From Chiloscyllium plagiosum (Eukaryota): a DNA stretch of 61,133 nucleotides. Shown piece after piece: positions 49,100 to 61,133 of this stretch; the first letter of the stretch is position 1; every line of letters begins with the position of its first letter. Made by a program: the position numbers and the translations under genes. The stretch spans positions 11,151,524 through 11,212,656 of the forward strand of contig NC_057718.1 of the NCBI RefSeq assembly GCF_004010195.1. Direction: 5' to 3'. The notes below the pieces were generated by a model. The model saw only the letters and a program-made list of their open reading frames with translations. It ran no database searches and had not been told where the DNA came from.

Positions 49100-49940
49100 G
49101 ACTATATTTCCCTCCCCACCCCTATCAGCATTCTGCAGGGACCATTCCCTCCGCAACTCCCACGTTAGGTCCTCGCTCCCCCCCACTAACCCACCCTCTA
49201 CTCCCGGCACCTTCTCTTCCACTGCAAGAATGTAAGGCCTGTGCCGACACCTCACCCCTCACCTCCATCCAAGGCCCCAAAGGATCCTTCCACATGCAGC
49301 AGAGATTTTCCTGCACATCCACACACCTCATCTACTGTGTCCGTTGCGCTTGATTTGGTCTCCTCTACATTGGGGAGACAGGATGCCAATTTGCAGAACG
49401 CTTCAGAGAACATCTCTGGGACACAGGCATCAACCAGCCCCATTGCCCTGTGGCCTAACACTTCAACTCCCTCTCCCACTCTGCCAAGGACACACAAGTC
49501 CTGGGCCTCCTCCACCTGCAAATCTGACGCCTGGAGGAAGAAAGTCTCATCTTCTGCCTTGGGACCCTCCAACCACAAGGGATCAATGTCGATTTCACCA
49601 ATTTCCTCATCTCCCCTCCCTCCACCTTATCCCAAATCCAACCCTCCAACTCGCCACTGCCCTTGTGAACTGTCCTACCTGTCCATCTTCCTCCCCTGCT
49701 ATCCGCTCCACCCTCCTCTCCAACCTATCACCATCACCCCTTCCTCCATCCACCTATCGCACTCTCAGCTACCTTACCCTCAGCCCCACCCCTCTCCCAT
49801 TTATCTCTCAGCCCCTTGGGACTTCCCACCCATCCTCCCGCCCCACAACATTCCTAATAAAGAGCTTATGTTCAAAATGTCAACTCTCCTGTTCCCTGGA
49901 TGCTGCCTGACCTGCTGTGCTTTTCCAGCACCACAGTTTT
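49100..49940 (+). mobile_element. Penelope-like element, decayed GIY-YIG region plus terminus, with a short inverted piece at about 49010-49100
   Basis: ctctacattggggagacagga (LYIGETG), cttcaactcc..., gggaccctccaaccacaagggatcaatgtcgatttc. Degenerate core at about 49853-49882. Confidence 0.85.
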
Positions 49941-50142
49941 GACATAAGATATAAGAGCCAAATTAGGCCATTCAGTCCATCGAGTTTGCTCTGCTATTCA
50001 ATTATGGCCAAATGTTTCTCAACCCTATTCTCCTGCCTTCTCCTCATAACCCCGATCCCCTTACGAATCAAGAACCTATCTCTGTCATAAAAACACTCAA
50101 TGACTTGGCCTCCACAGCCCTCTGTGACAATGAGTTCCACAA

Positions 50143-50465
50143 TGGGCAGCACGGTGGCACAGTGGTTAGCACTGCCGCCTCACAGTGCCAGAGACCCGGG
50201 TTCAATTCCCGCCTCAGGCGACTGACTCTGTGGAGTTTGCACGTTCTCCCTGTGTCTGCGTGGGTTTCCTCCGTGTGCTCCGGTTTCCTCCCACAGTCCA
50301 AAGATGTGCAGGTCAGGTGAATTGGCCATGCTAAATTGCCCGTAGTGTTAGGTAAGGGGTAAATGTAGGGGTCTGGGTGGGTTGCGCTTCGGCGGGGCGG
50401 TGTGGACTTGTTGGGCCGAAGGGCCTGTTTCCACACTGTAAGTAATCTAATCTAATCTAATCTAA
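50143..50465 (+). mobile_element. Young HE1-like V-SINE nested in a minus-strand CR1 (about 49942-50930)
   Basis: Full head to (taatc)n tail. Confidence 0.92.
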
Positions 50466-50937
50466 TTCCCCACTCCCTGGCTGAAGAAGTTCCTCCTCAA
50501 CTCAGTTCTAAAAGGTTGTCACTTCACTCGGAGGCTGTGTCCTCGGGACCTAGTCTCTCTTATTAGTGCAAACATCTTCTCCATGCCCACTCTATCCAGA
50601 CCTCTCAGTCTCTTATAAGTTTTAATCAGACCCCTCCTCATCCTTCTAAACCCCTTCGAGTACAGACCCAGAGTCCTCAAGTGCTCCTCATATGACAGGC
50701 CCTTCATCCACAGGATAGTTCTTGTAAACTTTCACTGAATACCTCCAAGTCCTGCACTTTTTTCCTTAGATACGGGGCCCAAAACCACTCACAATATTTC
50801 AAATGCGGTTTGACCAGAGCCTCAACAGTGCATCTCTGCTCTTGTAGTCTAGCCTTCTTGAAGTCAATGCTAACATTGCATTTTCCTTCTTAAATGCCAA
50901 CTGAACCTGAATGCACACCTTAAGAGAGGCTGGGAAT

Positions 50938-51247
50938 AGATTAGATTAGATTCTCTACAGTGTGGAAACAGGCCTTTCGGCCCAACAAGTCCACACCGCC
51001 CCTCTGAAGAGAAATCCACCCAAGCCCATTCCCCTAGCCCACATTTACTCCAACGCACCTAACACTGTGGGCAATTTAGCATGGCCAATTCGCCTGCCCT
51101 GCACATCTTTGGATTGTGGGAGGAAACCCACGCAGACACGGGGAGAATGTGCAAACTCCACACAGTCAGTCGCCCGAGGCTGGAAATGAACCCAGGATCC
51201 TGGTGCTGTGAGGCAGCAGTGCTAACCACTGAGCCACTGTGCTGCCA
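50938..51247 (-). mobile_element. HE1-like V-SINE
   Basis: Reverse-complement full element. Confidence 0.88.
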
Positions 51248-51654
51248 AATGCTGGGATATTTTTCACTGGAGCGTAGGAGGTTGATGGGTGACCTTGTTG
51301 AGGTTTATACAATCATGAAGGGTATGGCCAAGGTGGTTAGAAAGGATCTTTTCCCTAGGATGAGGGAGTTCAAAACAAGGGGGCATATTTTTAAGATTAG
51401 AGGAAAAATCTTTAAAAAGGACACTTTTTTCCACAGAGAGTGGCACATGTGTGGAATGAACTTCCAGAGGAAGTGGTGGAGACTGGTACAGTTACAACAT
51501 TTAAAATACGATTGGAGAAATACATGAATAGGAAAGGTAGGGTATAGGCCAAATACAGGCAAAGCGGGAGGAGTTTAGTTTGGGAACATGTCTGGTATGG
51601 ACTAGTTGGACTGAAGCGTCTGTTTAAATGCTCTATGACACTTTATATCATTTA

Positions 51655-52655
51655 CAGAAAGGTCATGCCCTGAGGGACATGGAAGGACTCTGTAGGACGT
51701 GATATCAAGAGTTAGGAGAGGATATTTCCTCGGAGGTATGGGAAGACATCTGGGGAATGTAAGGAAATTTTCAGTATGCAACAGAGTGCAGGTCATGCAA
51801 TTGAAGATCTTATACAGGGCTCATATAGCGCCAGAGAGGCTAGTTACGTTCAAGAGAGAAGCGTTCATCAGAGAGTCCCAAATGTAAAATTAGCATAAGC
51901 ACTCTCACACACTGCTACTGGTCATATTGTAAGATGCAGAGATACTGGAGTGCTATAGTAAAGGAGCTGAAGGACATCCTGGGGATTGAAATTGGATACT
52001 GTAATTCTTCTTTTGGGGTTGCCAAATTTGCCCTCTCTGGGGGAACACGGGAAGAGACTGTATAATATTCTTACCCACTGTGCAAGGAAGAACATTCTAG
52101 TGAACTGGACGTCAGAAAAACCACCAGGTCTTATGGGGTGGCGTAGACTGGTGATGGAGCATCTCCCTCAAGACTACCTCACAAATATGGTGCACCATAA
52201 AACGGAGCAGTTTTACAAGATGTGGCGGCCCTTTCTAAATTATATTGATGCTGACTTATCAGCAATGTTAATTAGGGCTGTGTTATAGCTGTGGGATTCA
52301 GTGTGGGTGCCCGTTAGGCCCTGGGAGGAGGAGACTGGGGGAAAAAGAATATGGGTACTGTAGATGGTGCTCCCAGGGATGGGAGCCTCAGTGGAGGTGT
52401 GATGAGTGAGACAGAATAAAGTAGTGCGATATTATTTAAATTAAGTTATTTGAATTTAGTTTAAGTTAGTATTTATTTAACCTGTTTGTAGTTTAGTTTA
52501 AGTTAAGTAGATATATTTGTCGGTCGTTCATTAACAATAGGACTTTGTTGTACTGCCTGTTTTCTCTGTTTTGATGATGTTATTCTTTTTCTTGTATGTG
52601 AATGTTTTGTAAAAGATTTAAAAAGGTTTTCAAGAAAAATATTTATAAAAAAGAA
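51655..52655 (+). mobile_element. L1/Tx1-like LINE 3' end
   Basis: VMQLKILYRAHIAPERL, a decayed Cys/His knuckle and LYNILTHCARKNILVNW...FYKMWRPFLNYI, then a T-rich UTR and an A-rich end. Confidence 0.78.
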
Positions 52656-53075
52656 ACGAAAGGGTTCAGAAAAGATTTACAAGGATGTTGCTAGGGTTGG
52701 AGGATTTGAGCTGTAGGGAGAGGCTGAACAGGCTGGGGCTGTTTTCCCTGGAGCGTCGGAGGCTGAGGGGTGACCTTATAGAGGTTTACAAAATGGACCG
52801 GGTGCTGGCAGGTGGGACTAGATTGGGTTGGGATATCTGGTCGGTATGGATGGGTTGAACCGAGGGGTCTGTTTCCATGCTGTACATCTCTATGACTCTA
52901 TGACTCCCAAGTCCATTTGTGCTTCATATCTCTGAAGCCTTTCCCCATTTAAAACAACACCCATGCCTCTATTCTTCTGACCAAAGTATACTTTCCCACA
53001 TTGTATTCCATCTGTCATGTCCTTGCCCACTCTCCTGGCCTTTCCAAGTCCTTCTTCAGCCACCCTCCTTCCTCA

Positions 53076-54098
53076 TGCTGGAGTTCAGTGCTTTGGTGTC
53101 ATAGATGGCTCAGTTAGTCACACCGTGAGTCACACAGATAAGTTCAAGGCTCTCTCCCACCACCTGAGCACAAAATCCCAGTTTACACTCTGGGTACAGC
53201 ACTGTAGGGGAAGGGGTGTGATGTCATCTTTCGGATGATTGGTTAGACCAAGGTCCTACCTGTCCCTCCACCTATCTTTGTGTCATCTGCAAACATTGCA
53301 ACAATGCCCTCAGTTCCTTCATCCAGATCATTAATATGTAACGTGAATCATTGTGTTCCCAACACTCACCCCTGTGCAACACCACTAGCCACAGCATGCC
53401 ATTCTGAAAAATGACCCCTTTATCTCTAGTCTCTGCCTTCTGCCAGTCAGCCAATCCTCAATTTATGGCAGTACCTTGCCCCTCATACCATGGACTAATC
53501 TTATTCAGCAGACTCCTGTGCGACACTTTCTAAAAAGCATTCTTAGATCAAATAGATCTGGCTGAGGTTCCTCGAAGTGACGATAACCGACATTCTGTCC
53601 TGGACCTCCGATGTAGGTGTGACAGATGAATGGACCTTTCTAATTTCAAATTTAATGTTGATTTTGCTTTGTGCACCTCCTGTGCAGTGTACCCCATTCT
53701 GTCTAAGCATCCTGTGATCTGTATGCTCTTGTTGCCTATGATCTGCCTGTGCTGCTCACAAAACAAAACTTTTCACTGTACTTAGGTACATGTGACAACA
53801 ATAAACCAAACCAAATCAGGTTACTGGGCTAGATAGAGGGAAACGGTGACCTTCTATTTGACCTTAGAATCGGTCTACAGTCTTCTGAAGAACTTAGGAT
53901 GCTTTTCATTGTAGCTGCTGGAGTTCAGTGCTTTGGTGTCATAGATGGCTCAGTTAGTCACACCGTGAGTCACACAGATAAGTTCAAGGCCCTCTCCCAC
54001 CACCTGAGCACAAAATCCCAGTTTACACTCTGGGTACAGCACTGGAGGGGAAGGGGTGTGATGTCATCTTTCGGATGAATGGTTAGACCAAGGCCCTA
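53076..54098 (+). repeat. Near-identical direct repeats of about 183 bp (53076-53258 and 53916-54098)
   Basis: The two copies align at an exact 840-bp offset with only about 4 substitutions. Confidence 0.92.
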
Positions 54099-54428
54099 TT
54101 GATCATCGTGAGGTAAGAGTCACCAAAGACCCTTCAAATAGTTGCTCGAGAGAACTCACCCCCCACCCCCAACACCTATCTTACAGTCATCAACATGAAT
54201 GGGAAGAGATGATTTGATCATGACCTTTTGATGTTTATGGGATCTTGCTTTGCCAAAATTGGCTGTTGCACCACAACAATGGGAACTTCCTGAGGTTGAG
54301 AAAGGCACTATGTAAATGCAAAGCATTGCTATCCCCTGAATCTGCTTCAAGTAGAATCAGCCACAATCTCATTGAATGGGGTAGCAGACTCAAAGGACCA
54401 GATGGCCAGCTCTTGTTCATTGTTTGAA

Positions 54429-54600
54429 CAGAGGAACCTCGACTATCCGAAGGACACGGGTGGGCATTTTTCGTTCGATTAATGAATTCTGGATAATCGA
54501 ATTCCAGATAACATAATTTAGCCGAGCATTGGGACATTGCGATCCTGCCGGATAATCCGATATTCGGATAATCGAGAGCCGGATCATCGAGGTTCCTCTG
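54429..54600. mobile_element. Tc1/mariner (pogo/Tigger-like) MITE
   Basis: TIRs cagaggaacctcga / tcgaggttcctctg, TA on the right, internal ggataatcga repeats. Confidence 0.8.
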
Positions 54601-55094
54601 TATTTGATATCTCGAAGTTGTTGTTGTTGAAGTAGCTGATGTTGACCTACATTCAGTGCGCCTCGTGCAGGCCACAGCGCTGTAACCTCTTACCCCCAAG
54701 GGCCTGAAACAGGTGTGTCACCAATCAAGACAAGCTGTTACTCTCCTGCTGCTTGTATGATGGCAGCCTGCCTTTCTCAGGTTAATTACTGACCACTCCT
54801 CATATTTCTAACTCGGGTCTGCACAGAGGGTGGCGTGCTCTGCAATTAATGCCAGTCTCGGCAATCGACCACCGACAGCTCACTTGCTCACACACAGGAA
54901 GTATGTCAATAATTGGATTGTTTGTTGAATCGATTTCCACGCTACCCGAAGCTGTGAAAACATCATTTCTCCAACAAGCATCGCTACCTGCTACCTCCCC
55001 CCCTCCCCTCTCCCATCCTACACTCTTTGTGTTCAAGAGAAACAGGATGGTATTAGTGAAACCAGCTCCTCAGTAGATAAGCCCATTATAAAGC

Positions 55095-55455
55095 CATAGA
55101 GTCACACAGCACAGAAACAGACCATTAAGTCCAACTCGTCCATACTGATCAGGTTTCCCTAAACTAAACTAGTCCCACCTGCCTGATCCCAGCCTGTATC
55201 CCTCCAAACCCTTCTTTCTCATGTACTTTAAATGTTGTAACTGTACCCGTTTCCACCGCTTCCTCTGGCAGTTCATTTCACACACAAACCATCCTCTGTG
55301 CGAAAAAGCTGCAGCACAAATCTTTCTCCTCTCACCTTAAAAGTATGCCCCCGAGTTTTGAATACCCTCATCCTGGGGAAAAGATTTTTGCTATTCACCT
55401 TATCCATGCCCCTCATGATTTTATAAACCTCTATAATGCCACCACTCAACCTCCT
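55095..55455 (-). mobile_element. CR1/HER1 3' fragment
   Basis: IEVYKIMRGMDKVNSKNLFPRM...RGHTFKVRGERF. Confidence 0.85.
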
Positions 55456-56143
55456 GTCTGGGATATTTGCTGAGTTTCTTTTGGTCATATTTAATTGAAT
55501 GGTTATTTTGCGAGGTGCTGTGCTTTGGAAGTTACAGAACTCAAAATACTCGGCTATGTGGAATTCCTGAAGAATTCCTGAGGGTGTTGCTGACAAAGAC
55601 AGCTGCAACAACTTGGCTGAGTGTGTGGTAAGTTCGGGAGCACAAGTCTTCAGTGTTGATGGGACCCACAGACTTGCAGTAACCATAACCTTCAGTCGAC
55701 TCTTGATACAAAGTGGGACATGTGACATGGGGTAGACATTTATTCTACAGTGAGTGATTCTTATTTGAATACCTTGCCTGAAAGGTTGGTTCAATATTAA
55801 TCTTCAAAAGAGACCTAGATAAATATTTAATAGGGAAAGCATTGCAGCGATAGGAGTAAAGTGTGGGATGACCTTTGAAAGAGTCAGTGCAGACCTATTG
55901 GACATAATGTCATCCTCTCGGAGATACAATTCTGTGATTCCGTGCAGTAATTTATGCTGTCATGTAATTGGCTCAATTCATCCACTTTATCATCAGGAGC
56001 TTTCTCCTGAAATTAGATGTATTAATGAATATTGTATATTGATGACTATCTTGTTTTGGACTATCCCAATACTGAAAAAAAATCCATCTCTTCATCTACC
56101 ATGTCCGAAACCCTTCCATATCTTAAAGAACATAGATCAGTTA

Positions 56144-56347
56144 GTTAAAAATCACACAACACCAGGTTATAGTCCAACAGGTTTATTTGGAAGCGCTAGC
56201 TTTCAGAGCACTGCTCCTTCATCAGGTGGTTGATGAAGGAGCTTCGCTCCGAAAGCTAGTGCTTCCAAATAAACCTGTTGGACTATCACCTGGTGTTGTG
56301 TGGTTTTTAACTTTGTCCACCCCAGTCCAATACCCGCACCTCCAAAT
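56144..56347 (+). mobile_element. Palindromic Penelope-like terminus insertion (family C)
   Basis: 81-bp arms at 56144-56224 and 56231-56311 with hammerhead-like cores on both strands. TSD catagatcagttag (56131-56144) / cataaatcagttag (56348-56361). Confidence 0.85.
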
Positions 56348-56869
56348 CATAAATCAGTTAGAACATAGATCAGCAGTATGCAATTCAGCCCCTCAGCAAA
56401 CACTGCCATTCAGTAGGATCATGCTTAATCTGATTATTTCTCTCTAACTCTGATTATCTTCCGATCCCCTTGTTTATCAAGACTTTATTGACTTCTACCT
56501 TAAAAATATTCAAAGACTTTAATTCCACTCCCTCATGAGGCAGAGTTTGCCAAAGTCTCAAGACTGTGAGAAACAAATTTTCCTTGTCTCTGTCTTCGTA
56601 GACAGCCCCTGATTTTTAAACAGTGAGCCCCGATCCTAGTTTCTCCCACAAGGGGAAAGGTCCTTTCCACCTTGACCTTCCTGTCAACCCCCCTCAGGTT
56701 CCCATACATTGCAACTAATAAAGTTCATCCTGAGTTGTTGGGTTTTAGTGCAAAGAGCTCCAGCCTGCCCTTCCTCTGGAGTGGTCTCTTTATGACAAGG
56801 TGGAAGTCTACTTTCAACCATACTACCTCGAATGGTCCTTTCCTAAGGCACCATCACTTGGCAACAAGA

Positions 56870-57612
56870 ATGCTTAATGGTAAGGTCCTAGGGAGTGTTG
56901 CTGAACAAAGAGACCTTGGAGTGCAGGTGCTTAGTTCCTTGAAAGTGGAGTCACAGGTAGATAGGATGGTGAGGAAGGCGATTAGTATGCTTTCCTTCAT
57001 TGGTCAGTGTATTGAGTACAGGAGTTGGGAGGTCATGCTGCAGCTGTACAGGACATTGATTAGGCCACATTTGGAATATTGCGTGCAATTCTGGTCTCCC
57101 TGCTACAGAAAGGAAATTGTGAAACTTGAAAGGATTCAGAAAAGATTTGCAAGGATATTTCCAAGGTTGGAGGATTGAGCTAAAGGGAGAGGCTGAACAG
57201 GCTGGGGCTGTTTTCCCTGGAGCGTCGGAGGCTGAGGGGTGACTTTATAGAGGTTTATAAAATCATGAGGAGCATAGATAGGATAAATAGACAATGTCTT
57301 TTCCCTGGGGTGGGGGAATCCAGTTCTAGAGGACATTGGTTTAAGGTGCGAGGTGAAAAATTTAAGAAAGACCTACGGGGCAACTTTTTCACACAGAGGG
57401 TGGTGCGTGTATGGAACGAGCTGCCAGAGGAAGTGGTGGAGGCTGGTACAATTATAACATTTAAAAGGCATCTGGATGGGTATATGAATAGGGAAGGCAT
57501 AGAGGGATATGGGCCAGGTGCTGGCAAATGGGGCTAGATTAGTTTAGGATATCTGGTTGACATGGACGAGTTGGGTGTGTTTCCATGCTGTACATCTCTA
57601 TGACTCTATGAC
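56870..57612 (+). mobile_element. CR1/HER1 LINE 3' fragment
   Basis: LNGKVLGSVAEQRDLGVQV...[13 protein letters not shown]...WNELPEEVVEAG with a (ctatga)n tail. Confidence 0.92.
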
Positions 57613-57984
57613 AATGTGAATTGCATCTAAGAGCATTAAGCATTGACCATTGACATGGTTGTTTCCTTGAAAGTCAGACTCTTATAAGAATAGCTACCCT
57701 GTAATAAGCATCATTACAACACACCCAGTACTTCCAATGACATGGTGCCTACTGTGCTACCACCACACAGCCGCCCACAAACACACAATAGGATGCCGTA
57801 TTTTCAGTGTTTAGTATTTGTACAGTGCTGAGGCTCTGGTATTGTCATAAACTGTTAGACTGTTTCATTCCTTTATGGTTTACTTCAGTTTGTTATTGTC
57901 TTCCTTCACCTGGACTTTCTCTCTTCCTCTCCTGAAAATGTTCTCTCAGGTTTAGCCCAATTCAGTGGAGTGGAGGAGATCGAG

Positions 57985-58814
57985 AGAAGGAGAATCGACG
58001 TTTCAGGCATCACCCTTCATCAGGAATGCGGCTTCTGAGCCAACAAGGCTCAGGGGGAAAGTAGCTGAGAGCGTGATAGGTGGATGGAGGTCGGTGTAAA
58101 GGTGATAGGTCGGAGAGGAGGGTGGAGCAGATAGGTGGGAAGGAAGATGGACAGGTAGGACAGGTCATGAGGGCGGTGACGAGTTAGAAGGTTGGATCTG
58201 GGATAAGGTGGGGGAGGGGAAATGAAACTAGTAAAATCCAGATTAATCCTATGTGATTGGAAAGTCCCAAGGCGGGAGATAAGGCATTCTTCTTCCAGTT
58301 GTCAGGTGGTTAGGGTTTGGCGATGGAGGAGCCCCAAGACCTGCATGTCCCTGGCAGAGTGGCAGGGAGGTTAAAGTGTTTGGTCACAGGGCAGTGGGGT
58401 TGGTTGGTGCCGGTGCCCCGGAGATGTTCTCTGAAGGGTTCTGCAAGTAGGTGTCCTGTCTCCCCAGGTGCAGCATCAGGAGCAACAGATACAGTAAATG
58501 ACGTGTGTGGAAGTGCATGTAAAACTATGATGAATGTGGAAGGCTCCTTTGGGGCCTTGGATGGAGGTGAGTGGGAGGTGTGGGCGCAGGTTTTGCAATT
58601 CCTGTGGTGGCAGGGGAAGGTGCTGGGAAGGGTGGGTGGGTTGATGAGGGCTGTGGACCTGACAAGAGAGGCGTGGTTTAGTCTTTACGGAATACGGATA
58701 GGGGTGGGGAGGGAATATATATCTCTGGTGGTGGGGTCTGTGTGTAGGTGGCAGAAATGGCAGAGGATTATAAAATGTATACAGAGATTGGTGGGGTGGA
58801 AGGTGAGGACCGGG
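57985..58814 (-). mobile_element. Penelope-like element 3' part, running into an assembly gap
   Basis: Minus-strand core ctgatgaagggtgatgcctgaaacgtc (about 57996-58023). Peptides IQGPKGAFHIHHSFTCTSTHVIYCICC and VLTFHPTNL. Confidence 0.85.
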
Positions 58815-59270
58815 NNNNNNNNNNNNNNNNNNNNNNNNNNNNNNNNNNNNNNNNNNNNNNNNNNNNNNNNNNNNNNNNNNNNNNNNNNNNNNNNNNNNNN
58901 NNNNNNNNNNNNNNNNNNNNNNNNNNNNNNNNNNNNNNNNNNNNNNNNNNNNNNNNNNNNNNNNNNNNNNNNNNNNNNNNNNNNNNNNNNNNNNNNNNNN
59001 NNNNNNNNNNNNNNNNNNNNNNNNNNNNNNNNNNNNNNNNNNNNNNNNNNNNNNNNNNNNNNNNNNNNNNNNNNNNNNNNNNNNNNNNNNNNNNNNNNNN
59101 NNNNNNNNNNNNNNNNNNNNNNNNNNNNNNNNNNNNNNNNNNNNNNNNNNNNNNNNNNNNNNNNNNNNNNNNNNNNNNNNNNNNNNNNNNNNNNNNNNNN
59201 NNNNNNNNNNNNNNNNNNNNNNNNNNNNNNNNNNNNNNNNNNNNNNNNNNNNNNNNNNNNNNNNNNNNNN

Positions 59271-61133
59271 ACTAAGAATCCTACCGTTAACCCTGTATTC
59301 CGCATTCTTATTTGTTCTTCCAACCTCACACTTGGCAGGGTTGAACTCCATCTGCCACTCCTCAGCTCAGCTCTGCATCATATCTAAGTCTCTTTGCAGC
59401 CGACAACAGCCCTCCTCACTATCCACAGCTCCACCAATCTTCGTATCATCTGCAAATTTACTGTCCCACCCTTCGACTCCCTCATCTAAGTCATTAATAA
59501 AAATTACAAACAGCAGAGGACCCAGAACTGATCCCTGCGGAACTCCACTTGTAACTGGGCTCCAGGCTGAATATCTACTATCTACCACCACTCTCTGACT
59601 TCGACTGGTTAGCCAGTTTTCTATCCAATTGGCCAGATTTCCCTCTATCCCATGCCTCCTGACTTTGTGCATAAGCCTACCATGGGGAACCTTCTCAAAT
59701 GCCTTACTAAAATCCATGTATAGTACATCCACTGCTCTACCCTCGTCCACATGCTTGGTCACCTCCTCAAATAATTCAATAAGACTTGTAAGGCAAGACC
59801 TACCCTTCACAAATCTGTGCTGGCTGTCCCTAATCAAGCAGTGTCTTTCCAGATACTCATAAATTCTATCCCTTAGTACTCTTTCCATTACTTTGCCTAC
59901 CACTGAAGTAAGACTAACTGGCCTGTAATTCCCGGGGTTATCCCTATTCCCTTTTTTGAACAGGGGCACAACATTCGCCACTCTCCAGTCCCCTGGCACC
60001 ACCCCCATTGACAGTGAAGACGAAAAGATCATTGCCAACGGTTCTCTTCCTCTCTTGCTTCCCACATAATCCTAGGATATATCCCGTCAGGCCCGGGGGA
60101 CTTATCTATCCTGAAGTTTTTCAAAATGCCCAACACATCTTCCTTCCTAACAAGTATCTCCTCTAGCTTACCAGTCCGTTTCATACTCTCCTCTTCAACA
60201 ATATGGTCCCTCTCATTTGTAAATACTGAAGAAAAGTACTCATTCAAGACCTCTCCTATCTCTTCCGACTCAATACACAGTCTCCCACCACTGTCCTTGA
60301 TCGGACCTACCCTCGTCCTCATCATTCTCATGTTTCTCACATACGCATAAAAGGCCTTGGGGTTATCCTTGATCCTACCCGCCAAAGATTTTTCATGCCC
60401 TCTCTGAGCTCTCCTAATCCCTTTCTTCAGCTCCGTCCTGGCTATCCTGTATCACTCCAACTATTCTGTATCTGTCTGAACCTTGGTTCCTCAACCTTAT
60501 GTAAGCCTCCTTCTTCCTCCTTACAAGACATTCAACCTCCCTCATCAACCAAGGTTCCCTCACACGACCATCTCTTTCCTGCCTGACAGGTACATACATG
60601 TCAAGGACACGTTGTATCTGTTCCTTGAAAAAGTTCCACAATTCAACGACATCCTTCCCTGTCAGCCTATGCTCCCAATTTATGCTCCTCAGATCCTGTC
60701 TTGCAGCATCATATTTACCCTTCCCCCAGTTGTAAAACCTGCCCTGTTGCTCGCACCTATCCAACTCCATCACCAAGGTGAAAGTCACAGAATTATGGTC
60801 ACCATAATCAAAATGCTCACCCACTAACAAGCCCATCACTTGTCCCGGTTCATTACCAAGTACCAAATCCAATATGGCCTCCCCTCTGATCGGACAATCT
60901 ACATACTGAGTTAGAAAAGCTTCCTGGACACACTGCACAAACACCGCCCCATCCAATCTACTTGATCTAAAGAGCTTCCAATCAATATTTGGAAGTTGAA
61001 ATCGCCCCATGACTACTACCCTGTGACTTCTGCACCTTTCCAAAATCTGTTTCCCAATCTGTTTCTCCACATCTCCGCTGCTATTGGGGGGTTTATAGTA
61101 AACACCCAACAAGGTGACTGCAGCTTTCCTATT
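59271..61133 (-). mobile_element. CR1-clade LINE ORF2 (APE endonuclease plus RT), frameshifted
   Basis: LGVYYKPPN...LDLVLGNEPG...DHN (EN) and [13 protein letters not shown]...[13 protein letters not shown]...[21 protein letters not shown]...FADDTK (RT). Confidence 0.95.

Noticed and set aside
58317..59387. Long ORFs of 175-356 aa
   Set aside because: They are artefacts of reading through the N gap at 58815-59270.
59271..61133. Active or domesticated reverse transcriptase gene
   Set aside because: ORF2 is split by frameshifts into at least three pieces, so it is an ordinary CR1 copy.

Overview
This is vertebrate genomic DNA, most likely from a shark or other elasmobranch, inferred from HE1-like V-SINEs, HER1/CR1 LINEs and Deu-domain SINEs. 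It has two assembly gaps (40026-40044 and 58815-59270). The only supportable host gene is a Dapper/DACT gene on the + strand, best matching DACT2. Coding exons 2-4 lie at 4413-4545, 15481-15783 and 16687-17990, all with GT-AG boundaries and in phase, giving 579 aa that end ...RRFQPEALKVMTMV. Exon 1 appears to be upstream of the window, and a poly(A) signal lies near 18817. Nearly all other ORFs are decayed transposon fragments (CR1/HER1, L2, L1/Tx1-like, Penelope-like, SINEs, Tigger-like MITEs). The most striking structure is a set of short Penelope-terminus insertions from three sequence families. They carry minimal hammerhead-ribozyme-like cores (CUGANGA-stem II-GAAA plus a 4-nt palindrome), are often arranged as ~80-bp-arm inverted repeats, and are repeatedly flanked by ~14-bp target-site duplications. 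One intact core lies in sense orientation in DACT2 intron 3. Family names come from recognition, not database searches, and many repeat boundaries are approximate.
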